Of a DNA stretch of 64,000 nt, positions 1 to 9,922 are shown in pieces. A model generated the notes under the pieces. The model saw only the letters and a list, made by a program, of their open reading frames with translations. It was not told the origin of the DNA and searched no databases. The position numbers and the translations under genes are program-made. Location of the stretch: NCBI GenBank assembly GCA_035650735.1, contig DASRGZ010000206.1, positions 1 to 64,000 of the forward strand, in the 5' to 3' direction. Numbering within the stretch: the first letter of the stretch is position 1; each line of letters starts with the position of its first letter. The DNA is from Chthonomonadaceae bacterium. GTDB lineage: Bacteria; Armatimonadota; Chthonomonadetes; Chthonomonadales; Chthonomonadaceae.

Positions 1-896
1 ATACCCTGCCTGCCGACATGACGGCAGGGCCCCACACCATCACCGTCGAGTTTGGCGGGGATGCCGACAACGCGGCCACCACGGGTACGGGGACGCTGAC
101 GGTGGGCAAGGCCAATACCTACCTCTATGTCACGCCGCGCAGCGGCCACCCCGGTCAGAGAGTGGCCTTCTTCGGCGTACTCAGCCGTAACGTGGATCAC
201 TCTGTCAAGCTCAACGGCGAGACGCTGACTTTCAAGCTCGATGCCGGAACCGCCAATGAGACCCTGCTTGGCACGGCCACGACCGGCTACTACGCCGTGG
301 CTAATGAGAATGGCTCAGCGCAATTGGACTACACGCTCCCTGACAATATCAGTGCCGGCGAGCATACGATCACTGTCGAGTTTGCTGGCGACGATAATAA
401 CCTGCCCAGCACCGGCCAGGCAACGCTAACTGTCATTAGCAATGATACTGTGCAAACGGGAGAATCTCACGGCACCATCGCTACTGATTCAACTCATTCT
501 GTCTACATTGATATGACGGTATTCCGCCATGTCTATTCGGATGGCCATTCGGATATTAGCGGCAGTGCGCTTCTCAACGGCACGACGGCCGATGGACAGA
601 CGATCGCCACCAGCATCTGGGCCTCCGCCCTGGACTTTTCCTGGGTAACCGTGCAAGGCCAGCAGTGCCGGCATGTGCAGGTGACCACCAACACCTTCGG
701 CTTTGTCACGGGTGGACAACGCGTGCGGGCTTATCTGCAAGTGGATGCGACGGCCATTCCAGGCGGAGCAGGGCAGATGGGCTTTAAGGTCATCCGGGCC
801 AGCGATGGGACCGTCCTGACGGCCAGTACCGATGCAGATGGCAACTATGCCGAGCTGCCCCTGGAAGTCGGAGGTTGGACGGTAGTGAGGTTCTAA
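1..896 (+). CDS. 3' part of a large surface protein with bacterial Ig-like (group 3-type) repeats and a ~145-aa C-terminal domain; 5' end outside window
   Basis: Repeated 'GxHTITVEFxGDxxN' Ig-like motif; frame open from window start; C-terminus homologous to 2317..2871. Confidence 0.8.
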   Translation, partial: TLPADMTAGPHTITVEFGGDADNAATTGTGTLTVGKANTYLYVTPRSGHPGQRVAFFGVLSRNVDHSVKLNGETLTFKLDAGTANETLLGTATTGYYAVANENGSAQLDYTLPDNISAGEHTITVEFAGDDNNLPSTGQATLTVISNDTVQTGESHGTIATDSTHSVYIDMTVFRHVYSDGHSDISGSALLNGTTADGQTIATSIWASALDFSWVTVQGQQCRHVQVTTNTFGFVTGGQRVRAYLQVDATAIPGGAGQMGFKVIRASDGTVLTASTDADGNYAELPLEVGGWTVVRF

Positions 897-950
897 TCTT
901 CCGGCCGAGCTAAGCTTAGCCACCGCTGTTCCCTGCCAGTCTGGAGCCCA

Positions 951-986
951 CGACGCCCTCCGGTTAGTCTAAACCGGAGGGCGTCG
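951..986 (+). terminator. Hairpin downstream of Ig-repeat gene
   Basis: cgacgccctccggtt...aaccggagggcgtcg inverted repeat; weak U-tract. Confidence 0.5.
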
Positions 987-1216
987 GTCCGTTTGGGTGG
1001 CGGCCCGCTCTTTGAAAAAACTCTTCTGCAGCAGGCGCAATTTTTTTAGAGAGCGCAATCTTTGGCATGGTTCTTGCAAGAGTATAGCGTGAGGGCAGCT
1101 CGGGACGCTCGCCGCAACTTGCCACCCGGTTGCAGGCAATCCCCTGGATGGGGATATACCCGCTGTTCAAACAGACATCCCTTCGACCTGACTGCTACAA
1201 AAGGAGAACCTAACAC

Positions 1217-1972
1217 ATGATGCATCTGAAGAAATTGCTGGTCTCCATGATGACGACAGGATTGCTTGTGGGGGCAATCGCCATTAGCAATGCGGTGACC
1301 ATTCCGTTCACCGTCTATGTGGACAATCCGGATACGCCGCCGCCTGCAAATGACTGGTCGATTCCCCCTGGCGCAGCAACTACCTCTGGTAGCCCGACAT
1401 TCCACAACCTCTTGCTGCCGACGAACGGCACCAACGGAGTGGCCTACAATACTCCGTCCGTTATCCGGTTTGGCGCGGATGCTACGGACAATCCAGGGGC
1501 GGGCAGCGCTACTTTCGGCATGGTGCCGGTTGGGATCGCTTTCGACCTGCAGGTTGGCTCCCATCAAAATGATCCGGGTCCCCTTACCTCCGGCGATCCG
1601 TTCCATCATTTTGAGCTGCAGGGCCATCTCAATGGCGATGTAACCAGCAATGGCGGAAGCAATACCAGTTCCACGACCAACCTGATCTGGGCCTCGTTGA
1701 CAGATGCTACGACGGGCGATGTCGACAATACGCCGAACAGCATGGATCCGGTCACTGGCCAACCGGCGTTCTTCCTGCATGAAGTGATCGGTGGGCAGCC
1801 CTTCGATATCTTCGTGCAGCAGATTCGCCCGATCCCTGCTCCCGGCAAAGAGGCCCTTACCGTCGAGGGCTTTGTCACCACCTCCGTCGTTCCGGAGCCG
1901 GGCGCCGTCGCCTGCCTGCTCGGCACCGGTGTCATCGGCGGATTCCTGGCCCGCCGGCGGCGCCGCCGCTAG
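1217..1972 (+). CDS. PEP-CTERM sorting-domain protein
   Basis: Signal peptide; C-terminal VPEP + hydrophobic helix + RRRRRR; RBS aaggag. Confidence 0.92.
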   Translation: MMHLKKLLVSMMTTGLLVGAIAISNAVTIPFTVYVDNPDTPPPANDWSIPPGAATTSGSPTFHNLLLPTNGTNGVAYNTPSVIRFGADATDNPGAGSATFGMVPVGIAFDLQVGSHQNDPGPLTSGDPFHHFELQGHLNGDVTSNGGSNTSSTTNLIWASLTDATTGDVDNTPNSMDPVTGQPAFFLHEVIGGQPFDIFVQQIRPIPAPGKEALTVEGFVTTSVVPEPGAVACLLGTGVIGGFLARRRRRR

Positions 1973-2040
1973 TTCAAGCGCCTGTCTAACGGCTATCAAG
2001 CCGGAGCCATTCCCAATTTCGGGAAGGCTCGGTAAGTAAA

Positions 2041-2098
2041 AAAACCTCCTATCGGTAGATGAGAGCGGCTCACGCTCAAGCTACCGGTAGGAGGTTTT
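2041..2098. terminator. Long hairpin, possible bidirectional terminator
   Basis: aaaacctcctatcggtag...ctaccggtaggaggtttt. Confidence 0.55.
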
Positions 2099-2316
2099 CG
2101 CTGGTTAGCTGATGCCCAAGTCCCCACACACAGAGCGGAGCACAATTCACAATCGCCCCTGTTCTTGCCTCTCCCCCATACTCTTATCAGATTCTCTCAT
2201 GCCCCGTCCTTCTGACAGGCGGGTTTCGATAGAGAACGTGGCATAAACCTCCTGTGCCGCACAGTAGGAAATGTGCGGCGAAATAAGAATGCGAAGATCT
2301 TTCAAGGAGGAACTCT

Positions 2317-2871
2317 ATGCTACGGCAATTTCTCTCTCGCTCTGCCACACTGATGGCGGTTGCGCTCACGCTTGGTATGCAGACCGCCAGTCCGGCGAGT
2401 GTAATTCCTCAAAGGTCGGTATATTCTGGGGAATGCCACGGCATCGTCGCTACCGATGCGACCCACTCTGTCTACATTGACATGACGGTGCTCAGGCATA
2501 TCTATTCGGATGGTCATACGGATGTTAGCGGCAGTGCGCTACTCAACGGCACGACGGCCAATGGACAGACGGTGGCCGTTAGCATCTGGGCCAAGGATCT
2601 GAAATGCTCCTGGGTGACCATGCAAGGTCAGCAGTACCGGCATGTGCAGGTGACCACAAACCCCTTCGTTCTCTACAATAGGCAAACTAGGCAACGGGTG
2701 CGCGCCTATGCCGTGGTGGATGTGACGGCCATTCCGGGCGCAGCGGGTCAGATGGGCTTTCAGGTCATCCGGGCCAGCGATGGTGCCAGGCTCGCCTTTA
2801 CCACCGATGCGAATGGAAACTATGCCGAGCTACCGCTGAAACCAGGAGGTTGGACGGCCAATAAATTCTAA
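2317..2871 (+). CDS. Secreted protein, stand-alone paralog of the C-terminal domain of the Ig-repeat protein
   Basis: Signal peptide, RBS aggagg; shares HSVYIDMTV.RH.YSDGH and GNYAELPL..GGWT with 1..896. Confidence 0.85.
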   Translation: MLRQFLSRSATLMAVALTLGMQTASPASVIPQRSVYSGECHGIVATDATHSVYIDMTVLRHIYSDGHTDVSGSALLNGTTANGQTVAVSIWAKDLKCSWVTMQGQQYRHVQVTTNPFVLYNRQTRQRVRAYAVVDVTAIPGAAGQMGFQVIRASDGARLAFTTDANGNYAELPLKPGGWTANKF

Positions 2872-3317
2872 GCCCAGCGCGCAGGCTTCTAGCCATCGCC
2901 TGCCGTTGAGCGATATAGAATCCGAAGTATGCAGCAAGGGATAGAGAAATAGAAACGCGTAGCTCTGGAGAGGAAGTCGCTGCGTGGCACAGGGCCAGAA
3001 GAGGGCGACTTCCATTCCATAGGTAAGCTATCTCCTATCCATCCTAGGAATCGCCGGGACTTTCCTCGCCAGAGTTCCGGCGGTTTCCATTTATCTTAAA
3101 GGCGCGCCCACGCAGCCTGAACAATTCTCGGTGAACGCAATTCTATCTGTTTTTCATAAGGCTGCCTGCCGATAACGGATCAGGCCCTCCTTCCCGGGAG
3201 GGTCGTCCTCCCTTTCCATCCCGCAATGCCAGGTTCAAGCGCGACAAGATCGTTTGCCAGAATATCGGCAGGGAAGTCTATTTACACGCCAACCAACCAG
3301 GCCAGAAGGAGAGCCCT

Positions 3318-4439
3318 ATGCAAGCTGTCATCCTCGCAGGCGGCAAAGGTACCCGCCTGCACCCGTTAACACGCCACATTCCCAAGCCGATGGTTCCCCT
3401 CTTTGATCGTCCCGTACTGGAGCACACGATTGCCCTGCTCAAGTCGCATGGGATCAGGCACCTGATCTTCACCCTCTCGTACCGGGCGCGCGACATCATC
3501 GAATATTTCGGGGGCGGCTCGCGGTGGGGCGTGCATATCCAGTATGCCATTGAAGATGAGCCGCTGGGAACGGCGGGTGGCCTCAAGGCCATGCAGCCGC
3601 TCCTGCGCGAGACGTTCTGCGTGCTTTCCGGGGATGGCATCACCGATTTTGATCTTTCCGCCGCGCTGGAGGCGCACCGGCGGCACTCCGCCGAGGCGAC
3701 GATGCTGCTCTATCGCCTCCCGGACCCAGCCGCGCTGAGCGAGTTCGGCGTTGTCGAAACGGACGCCGCAGGGCGCATCCAGCGCTTTGTGGAAAAGCCC
3801 GCTCCCGGCCAGGCGTCCGGCGATACTATCAACACCGGCATCTACCTGCTGGAGCCCTCCATCCTGACGCGCATCCCCGGTGACCGGCCCTTCGACTTCA
3901 GCCGCGACCTGTTTCCTGAACTCTTGCGGGAAGGCGCGCGCTTCTTCGGCTACCGGGCGCAGGGGTACTGGTGCGACATCGGCAATCTGGGCCAGTACCG
4001 GCAGGTGCATCAGGATGCGCTGGCGGGCAAGATTACGCTGGATTTCGGCGCGTTTGGCGCGCGGGAGGTGCGGCGCGGGGTCTGGATCGGGCCGGGCGCG
4101 CAGATGCACCCTTCGGCGCAGTTCCTCGGCCCCTGCTATGTGGGCAGCGGCACCCAGGTTCAGGAGCGGGCGGTTGTGGCGGGCGGAGCGGTGCTGGGAC
4201 GGGGCAGCCGCGTGGGCGCGGGCGCGCGCATCGCCGCCAGCGTGATCGGGGCAGAGGCGTATGTCGGCCCGGATGCGGATCTACGGGACTGCATTGTCGG
4301 CGATGGGTATCGGCTTTCAGATGGCTATCGGCTGCAGGGCGCCGTGCTGACGCGCGACCTGGGACCGCTGGCCATCTGTGCGCGCACAGGGCGCGCGCTG
4401 ACCGAGACTCCCACCCTGGCAGTACAGAAAGCCGCCTGA
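3318..4439 (+). CDS. NDP-sugar synthase / mannose-1-phosphate guanylyltransferase family
   Basis: LAGGKGTRL, PKPM, EPLGTAG, EKP and YWCDIG motifs plus hexapeptide-repeat tail. Confidence 0.9.
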   Translation: MQAVILAGGKGTRLHPLTRHIPKPMVPLFDRPVLEHTIALLKSHGIRHLIFTLSYRARDIIEYFGGGSRWGVHIQYAIEDEPLGTAGGLKAMQPLLRETFCVLSGDGITDFDLSAALEAHRRHSAEATMLLYRLPDPAALSEFGVVETDAAGRIQRFVEKPAPGQASGDTINTGIYLLEPSILTRIPGDRPFDFSRDLFPELLREGARFFGYRAQGYWCDIGNLGQYRQVHQDALAGKITLDFGAFGAREVRRGVWIGPGAQMHPSAQFLGPCYVGSGTQVQERAVVAGGAVLGRGSRVGAGARIAASVIGAEAYVGPDADLRDCIVGDGYRLSDGYRLQGAVLTRDLGPLAICARTGRALTETPTLAVQKAA

Positions 4440-4478
4440 TGTTCCAGGGCGTTCTCTTTTCGGGCGGCTTAAATTGGA

Positions 4479-4663
4479 CCTAACCCCCCCCGGCCCCCTT
4501 CCCTAAGAGGGAAGGGAGGGACCCAACCGGTCTCCTTTCTGGGAAAGAGCAGAAGCCGGGTCCCCCCCTTCCCTGCCGCGTTAGCGGCGAAGTAGGGTCG
4601 CGAGGCGGAGGCGCGAACCGTTGTAGCGCCGACCCTTGCAGTGGGGGCCGGGGGGTTAGGTCA
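4479..4663. repeat. Palindromic REP-like repeat (family A) containing a 46-bp insert at 4597-4642
   Basis: cctaacccccc..ccccttccct..agggaaggg..ggggttagg; closely related copy at 14019-14331. Confidence 0.85.
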
Positions 4664-4667
4664 GGTT

Positions 4668-5120
4668 TCAGGGACGTTTCGCCCCAGCGGCCTCCAGCGC
4701 GAGACGTAATGCCTGAGCAAAACGATCCGGCGGGATGTAGCCGGGCAGGCGCGCGAGCTCCTTCCCCTGCGAGTCGGCAAAGATGGTCGTCGGATAGTCG
4801 AGCACGTGATAGCGTTCGACGATGGCCGTGTCTACGTCGCTATCCAGGCGCACGCAGACGTACCGGCGGGAAAGCTCAATGACTTTCGGGTCAGTAAAGG
4901 TTTCGGCATCCAGCTTTTGGCACCAGCCGCATCCCGGCGTGTGAACGCTAAGCAGCAGCGGCTTGCCAAGCTGACTCGCCTGCGCCAATCCGGCTTCGTA
5001 GCTGCCGGCCCAGGCCATCTCAGGGGCGATACGGCTCTCCCGCACCGCCCCCAGAACACCGACGCCCAGCCAGAAAGCCAGGAGCAACAGCCACCGTTTC
5101 CTGCTACGCTTGCTCTGCAT
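4668..5120 (-). CDS. Exported thioredoxin-family protein
   Basis: N-terminal hydrophobic segment, CGWC motif, YPT cis-Pro loop. Confidence 0.88.
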   Translation of the reverse strand: MQSKRSRKRWLLLLAFWLGVGVLGAVRESRIAPEMAWAGSYEAGLAQASQLGKPLLLSVHTPGCGWCQKLDAETFTDPKVIELSRRYVCVRLDSDVDTAIVERYHVLDYPTTIFADSQGKELARLPGYIPPDRFAQALRLALEAAGAKRP

Positions 5121-5146
5121 CGCGCATGCCTCATTCTGCGGCAGGC

Positions 5147-6004
5147 TCAGGCCGCTTTGAAGATCGGCTGGAGCGTGCGGGCGTACTCCCGCAGCTCGGC
5201 CAGCTCGGCGTCGGTGATGGGATGGAACTTATCGGCAATATCCATTGCCAGGCGGAACAGGCGCGGGTCGCCCGGCGGAATGGCAGCCGTGATCGGCTGG
5301 GAAAGCGTGAAGCGCAGCGCCAGATCGGCCAGGCGCGGGTCGGAAAGCGGCTCGTACCAGCAGTGCGGATAGGGGCGATCCGCGTTCTCTTTCCAGTTGG
5401 TGCGCGCCATCGCCTTGAGCGCCAGCCGCGCCACGCCCTTCTCCTGCGCCTTCGCGATGATCTGCGGACCGAAGTTGCCCTCGTAGTAGGTCACGAAGTT
5501 GATGGGAAACAGCGCCGAGTCGAAGTCAAAGCGATCCATGGCTGCGATGGCCGCCTCCACCGAGTGCGCGCTAAAGCCGAGATGGCGCACCAGCCCGGCA
5601 TCCCGCGCCTCCAGAAACGCCTCCATCGCGCCTCCCGGCCCGAAAATCTTTTCAATATCCTCGCGCGTCGAGATGGCATGAAGCTGGTAAAGGTCGAAGT
5701 AATCGGTGCGGAGGTTCTTGAGAGAGCGGCGCAGTTCCTCGCTGGCTCCCTCTTTGGAGCGCTGCCCCGTCTTGCAGGCCAGAAATACCTCGTGCCGGCG
5801 CCTCTCCAGCGCCGGGCCGAGCCGCTTCTCGGTCTCCTGATCCTGGCCGTAGCTTGGCGCCACGTCGAAGTAGTTGACGCCGCGATCCAGCGCCTCCCCG
5901 ACGATGGCGTCAGCCTCTGCCTGCGTCATGCCCACCAGCACGACACCGCCCAGACCAACCAGGGAGAGTTCCCGTCCGGTGCGTCCCAATATCCTGCGTT
6001 CCAT
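5147..6004 (-). CDS. Aldo/keto reductase
   Basis: RILGRTG, FDVAPSYG, DLYQLH motifs; start moved to ATG at 6004 after RBS aggagg. Confidence 0.92.
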   Translation of the reverse strand: MERRILGRTGRELSLVGLGGVVLVGMTQAEADAIVGEALDRGVNYFDVAPSYGQDQETEKRLGPALERRRHEVFLACKTGQRSKEGASEELRRSLKNLRTDYFDLYQLHAISTREDIEKIFGPGGAMEAFLEARDAGLVRHLGFSAHSVEAAIAAMDRFDFDSALFPINFVTYYEGNFGPQIIAKAQEKGVARLALKAMARTNWKENADRPYPHCWYEPLSDPRLADLALRFTLSQPITAAIPPGDPRLFRLAMDIADKFHPITDAELAELREYARTLQPIFKAA

Positions 6005-6100
6005 GCTCTTCCCTCCTTTGCGAAACGAATTATTCATATCGCTCAAGCGGCCACGCCGCCTCAGCAGATACAATTGCCCAATTCACGAAAACGCCTGCGA

Positions 6101-6385
6101 TTAAGTACCCTTCCGCTTCTCGCTCCCCTCAGACGGGTCTGGATAGTCTGTTGTCTGAAGGGCGCTATTGGATCGGCGGATGATTATCTCCTGCGCCCAC
6201 TCACCTTCCCCACGATTGACCTCTCTAACGATGAAGAAGGCAAGGGCACTGCCGCTGAATATTGAAAGGTGGTCCTGCCACTTCGTGGGCTGTATGATCA
6301 ACATCCAGACCCCACCCAGAAGCAGGAAAACGCCCATCCCAATGACCACGTTGCGCGCGAACCGCGCGTTTGAGGATAGTTTCAT
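6101..6385 (-). CDS. Small two-TM hypothetical membrane protein
   Basis: Two hydrophobic segments; RBS ggag. Confidence 0.55.
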   Translation of the reverse strand: MKLSSNARFARNVVIGMGVFLLLGGVWMLIIQPTKWQDHLSIFSGSALAFFIVREVNRGEGEWAQEIIIRRSNSALQTTDYPDPSEGSEKRKGT

Positions 6386-6412
6386 GCCCTCGAACTCCGC
6401 TATATAGGTAGG

Positions 6413-6519
6413 TAACCCAAGTTGCTACCTAGGAACACGTTTGAGAGAGAATCGCTCTGGAAACCGGCTTTTGCATCACCGTTTGCCTTCTCGAAGAGGC
6501 AAGGTAGCAACTTGAGTTA
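6413..6519. mobile_element. MITE-like element (~107 bp)
   Basis: 18-bp terminal inverted repeats taacccaagttgctacct / aggtagcaacttgagtta (1 mismatch); GGTAG near both flanks. Confidence 0.6.
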
Positions 6520-6573
6520 GGTAGTTTCTGCTCGCTACCCTGATGGGTGCTGCGTACCCACGGCAGCCCTGCC

Positions 6574-8472
6574 CTAATTGACATAGACTCGCCGATGAAA
6601 GGCCCACCACTCCACGCAGAGAACGGCCAGCGCCAGCAGCGCCAGCCAGGGCAGCAGCTCGCGGTTATCGGCGACGCGGCGACCGCGCGAGCCTGCCGGG
6701 TTATCGGTGATGGTCAGTTCCCGGTGCGGGGTGATGTCCGACTCACTGGCGCTGGCGAGATTGGCCGCGAAAGAATAGGAGAAGCCCGGCCCTTCCGCCG
6801 TATAGAAGCCGACCTGATCCGTCTCGTCAAAGGCCGCGCCGCCGCGCTCCCCGGCGCGTACCTCGCGTTTGCTCCCATCCGGCCTGGTCACGGTCAGCTT
6901 GCCGAGGCCGGGCGGGGAGGGAACGGTGATCGGGCTGCCGGTGGCGATCTGGCCGAGCTCGCTATCGTCGCTGCCCATGCCCAGCCAGCGCACGCTGTTG
7001 GCGATGAAGATGGGGAAGGCGACGCGCAGCGGGAAGCTAGATTGGTTGAGCGCGAAGGCGACGAACTCCGAGCGCATCTTCTCCTTTTCGCCCACCGCGA
7101 CCAGTGAGCCGGACTCGGCGACGGCCAGTTCCCGGCCCCAGCCCAACGGCTCGGCCTTGAGCACGTCCCCGAAACGGTCGCTGCCGAAATCCACGTAGCG
7201 CAGCACCGGATGCTCCCGCTCCCAATCGGCGGGCGCGACATTGGCGGCAGCGCCCTCTACCTTCACGGGCGCTTGATCGCTTGTGCAATGGATAAACAGG
7301 TAGTTGCCTGCGGGGAGCCGGGCCGGGGCCGTCTCGTTGAAGACGACGACATCAAACCCCTTGCCGGCGGAGAACGCCGCCGCCTTGCTTAGCTCGACGC
7401 TGGGGTCTACTTTCAGGGCGTCTTCCAGGAACAGGTTCTCTTTGCCGACCAGCAGCACGCGCAGCGTCTTGCGGGGCTTGACGATCAGCGCGGCCTCATT
7501 ATCGGCGGCGAGGTCGTCCTTGAGGTCGAGGCGCACGCGCAGCTTGATCGGCCTGTCCGGCTCCGGCATATCGTAAGGCTGGGTGTCTTCGCCGTTCGGG
7601 GGCAGGCTGACCTCATTGGCAAAGGCCAGGTTGTCGTCGGCATAGATCTCTTCGTTGAAGGTCCTGGGTTTGTCGCTGTAGTTGTGGGTGACGACCAGAA
7701 GCTGTAGGCTCTTCTCTCCGCCGAGGCTGCGCCGGAAATCCACCGCCGTGATGCCCACGTTATCGTGCCCTTTGCCGATAGGGTGAAACGCCACATGCGT
7801 CTTGCCGAGGTTGATATTGGTCAGGGCGTAGCGGGGCGCGGCGTTAGGGCTGCCCGCGCCGCCGTCCTGGGCCTCAAATCCGCCGTCGGAGATAAGCTCG
7901 ATGCGCCCGCTATCGCCCTCCTTGCGGGCGGCAACCAGATCGGCGGCGAGGTTGAGGGCGTCGCGCATATTGGTCGGCGTGTCGTGGGGCTTGAGGCTGT
8001 CAATGGCGCGGTGAAGCTCGGCGCGCTCCTCCGTAAAGCCGGTGAGGGCCTCCGGGCGGGCGGAGGCGGAGAGCACCATCATGCGGTCGCCGGGCCGCAT
8101 CTGCCCGACAAGCTCGTGGGCCGTGCGTCTGGCGGCTTCCAGGCGAGAGGGCGCGACGTCGGTGGCGCGCATGGAGGCCGACGTATCCACGAGGAGGACG
8201 ATGTTGCGTCCGCCGAAGCCCATCGCGCGCACGAACGGGCGCGACAGCGCGAAAATGATCAGCGCGGCAACGAGAAGCTGCAAGAAGAGCAGCAGGTTCT
8301 TGCGCAGCTTCTGGAAGGGCGCATTGGCCTGCACGTCCCGAATCACCTGCCGCCACAGGAACGTCGAGGAGACCAGAACATCCTTGCGCCGCAGCTTCAG
8401 GATATACATCAGGACGATCAGGCCGCCGATGGGCAGCAGCCAGAGCAGGTTCAACGGGCTGATAAAGTGCAT
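6574..8472 (-). CDS. BatA-N / VWA domain membrane protein
   Basis: N-terminal double-TM BatA motif, MIDAS DTSASM, C-terminal TM ending in EWW. Confidence 0.9.
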   Translation of the reverse strand: MHFISPLNLLWLLPIGGLIVLMYILKLRRKDVLVSSTFLWRQVIRDVQANAPFQKLRKNLLLFLQLLVAALIIFALSRPFVRAMGFGGRNIVLLVDTSASMRATDVAPSRLEAARRTAHELVGQMRPGDRMMVLSASARPEALTGFTEERAELHRAIDSLKPHDTPTNMRDALNLAADLVAARKEGDSGRIELISDGGFEAQDGGAGSPNAAPRYALTNINLGKTHVAFHPIGKGHDNVGITAVDFRRSLGGEKSLQLLVVTHNYSDKPRTFNEEIYADDNLAFANEVSLPPNGEDTQPYDMPEPDRPIKLRVRLDLKDDLAADNEAALIVKPRKTLRVLLVGKENLFLEDALKVDPSVELSKAAAFSAGKGFDVVVFNETAPARLPAGNYLFIHCTSDQAPVKVEGAAANVAPADWEREHPVLRYVDFGSDRFGDVLKAEPLGWGRELAVAESGSLVAVGEKEKMRSEFVAFALNQSSFPLRVAFPIFIANSVRWLGMGSDDSELGQIATGSPITVPSPPGLGKLTVTRPDGSKREVRAGERGGAAFDETDQVGFYTAEGPGFSYSFAANLASASESDITPHRELTITDNPAGSRGRRVADNRELLPWLALLALAVLCVEWWAFHRRVYVN

Positions 8473-8485
8473 CTCTCTTCTATGC

Positions 8486-8848
8486 CTACGCGCTGTGGCT
8501 GCGGCCCCCGAGGATCACGCTCTGCGTGGCGGTCTCTTCGACGCCAATCGAAGGGCGGGACTGCCGCTCCAGATGGGTTAAGCGGCGGTCCATCTGCTGC
8601 AGGGCGTTATCAAAACTGAGATCATACTGAGTGGTGGTGTCGCGCAGGGCCTGGATTTCGGCGCGGAGGGCGGCAAACTCGGCGCGGATGTCGTCCCCGA
8701 TCATCCGTTGCCGCTGCTGGCGCAACTCCTCCATCTTGCGCTGATGATGCGTCCAGATCATCATCAGCGGGATAGAAAAGACAGCCGCCACAGGCAAACC
8801 TACGACGATAGCAAAAAAGGCGATTATCTCGCCCGGCACTGAGAGCAT
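8486..8848 (-). CDS. TM + coiled-coil protein, paralog 3
   Basis: Shared motif LRDTTTQYDLSFDxALQxM. Confidence 0.85.
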   Translation of the reverse strand: MLSVPGEIIAFFAIVVGLPVAAVFSIPLMMIWTHHQRKMEELRQQRQRMIGDDIRAEFAALRAEIQALRDTTTQYDLSFDNALQQMDRRLTHLERQSRPSIGVEETATQSVILGGRSHSA

Positions 8849-8919
8849 AGTTGGCCTCTCTTTTCGTCTCCTCTACAGGCAATAGGGCATATATATCCGT
8901 TTGCTTCCGGGAAAGCAGC

Positions 8920-9237
8920 TCAGCGTCCAATGCGCACATCCGTCACGCCGTTGGCTTCGAGGGTGTTCACGCGGCGTTCCAGCCCCTCCATGCGGTGCTC
9001 CATGCGCTGCAGGGCCGCATCGAAACTCAAGTCGTACTGCGTCGTGGTATCGCGCAGAGAGCGCACCTCCGCGCGTAGCTCCTCTATGGCCGCGCGCACG
9101 CCCGTATCCTTCTCTGAAACCTGCTTCAGCCTTAGCTCCGCCAGGCGCGTGCGGTGCTTTATCCACTCGTGGATCACGCCGGTCCCCGTGCCGATAAGGG
9201 TAAGCGCAATAACAAACACAAAGAAGTTCGGTTCCAT
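8920..9237 (-). CDS. TM + coiled-coil protein, paralog 2
   Basis: Same motif; RBS ggagga. Confidence 0.85.
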   Translation of the reverse strand: MEPNFFVFVIALTLIGTGTGVIHEWIKHRTRLAELRLKQVSEKDTGVRAAIEELRAEVRSLRDTTTQYDLSFDAALQRMEHRMEGLERRVNTLEANGVTDVRIGR

Positions 9238-9252
9238 GCTGTCCTCCCGGAA

Positions 9253-9581
9253 GGAGTCGGCGAAGCCCCCACCTTCCCACTGCCAGCTCTCGCTTTATGC
9301 GCCATGCCACGCGCGACTACCTGGGAGTCGGCGAAGCCCCCACCCCCTTCCCACTGCTCGGGTCGGCGCTGCAATGGCTCGCGCCTCCGCCTAGCCACAC
9401 CTGGCCACAGCCCTCCGCCTGGCGACACCTACGCGGGCAGAGACAAGACTTGGCTTCTCCTCTCCCCTCCCCTGTTCTTGGGGATCGCTAGGTGTCGCCA
9501 GGCGGAGGGCCGAATTATTGTAGCCCCGACCCTTGCAGTCAGCAGGCCGCAGGCCCCACAGCGGCAGGGTTCAGCCTGCCG
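9253..9581. repeat. Composite repeat: 31/34-bp direct duplication, family A arm, 46-bp element copies and a palindromic REP arm
   Basis: 9253-9283 approximates 9324-9357; element copies at 9353-9426 (-) and 9494-9539 (+). Confidence 0.75.
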
Positions 9582-9600
9582 AAAGCATGGGAAAGAGGGA

Positions 9601-9912
9601 CTACTGCCCGATACGCAGATTGGCAGGCGTGTTTGCTTCCACTTCGCTCAGGCGGCGCTCCAATCCCTGCACCCGGCTCTCCATACGCTGCAGCGCGGCA
9701 TCAAAGCTTAGATCGTACTGAGTGGTCGTGTCTCGCAAAGAGCGCACTTCCGCCTGCAACTCCTCGATGGCCGCCTTGAGATGAGTATCGCCCTCATTAC
9801 GCATGCGCATCCGCATTTCCATCATCTTCCGCTCATGGCTGGTCCATATAGCGACGATAGGGACACCGAAAACGCCGAGAATAGCCACGATGGGTATAAG
9901 AACGTCTGGCAT
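9601..9912 (-). CDS. TM + coiled-coil protein, paralog 1
   Basis: Same motif; ATG at 9912 after RBS gaggag. Confidence 0.85.
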   Translation of the reverse strand: MPDVLIPIVAILGVFGVPIVAIWTSHERKMMEMRMRMRNEGDTHLKAAIEELQAEVRSLRDTTTQYDLSFDAALQRMESRVQGLERRLSEVEANTPANLRIGQ

Positions 9913-9922
9913 AAACCTCTCC

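Noticed and set aside
459..2871. Diversity-generating retroelement template/variable repeat pair
   Set aside because: Differences are not limited to adenines, both copies are coding, and no reverse transcriptase is in the window
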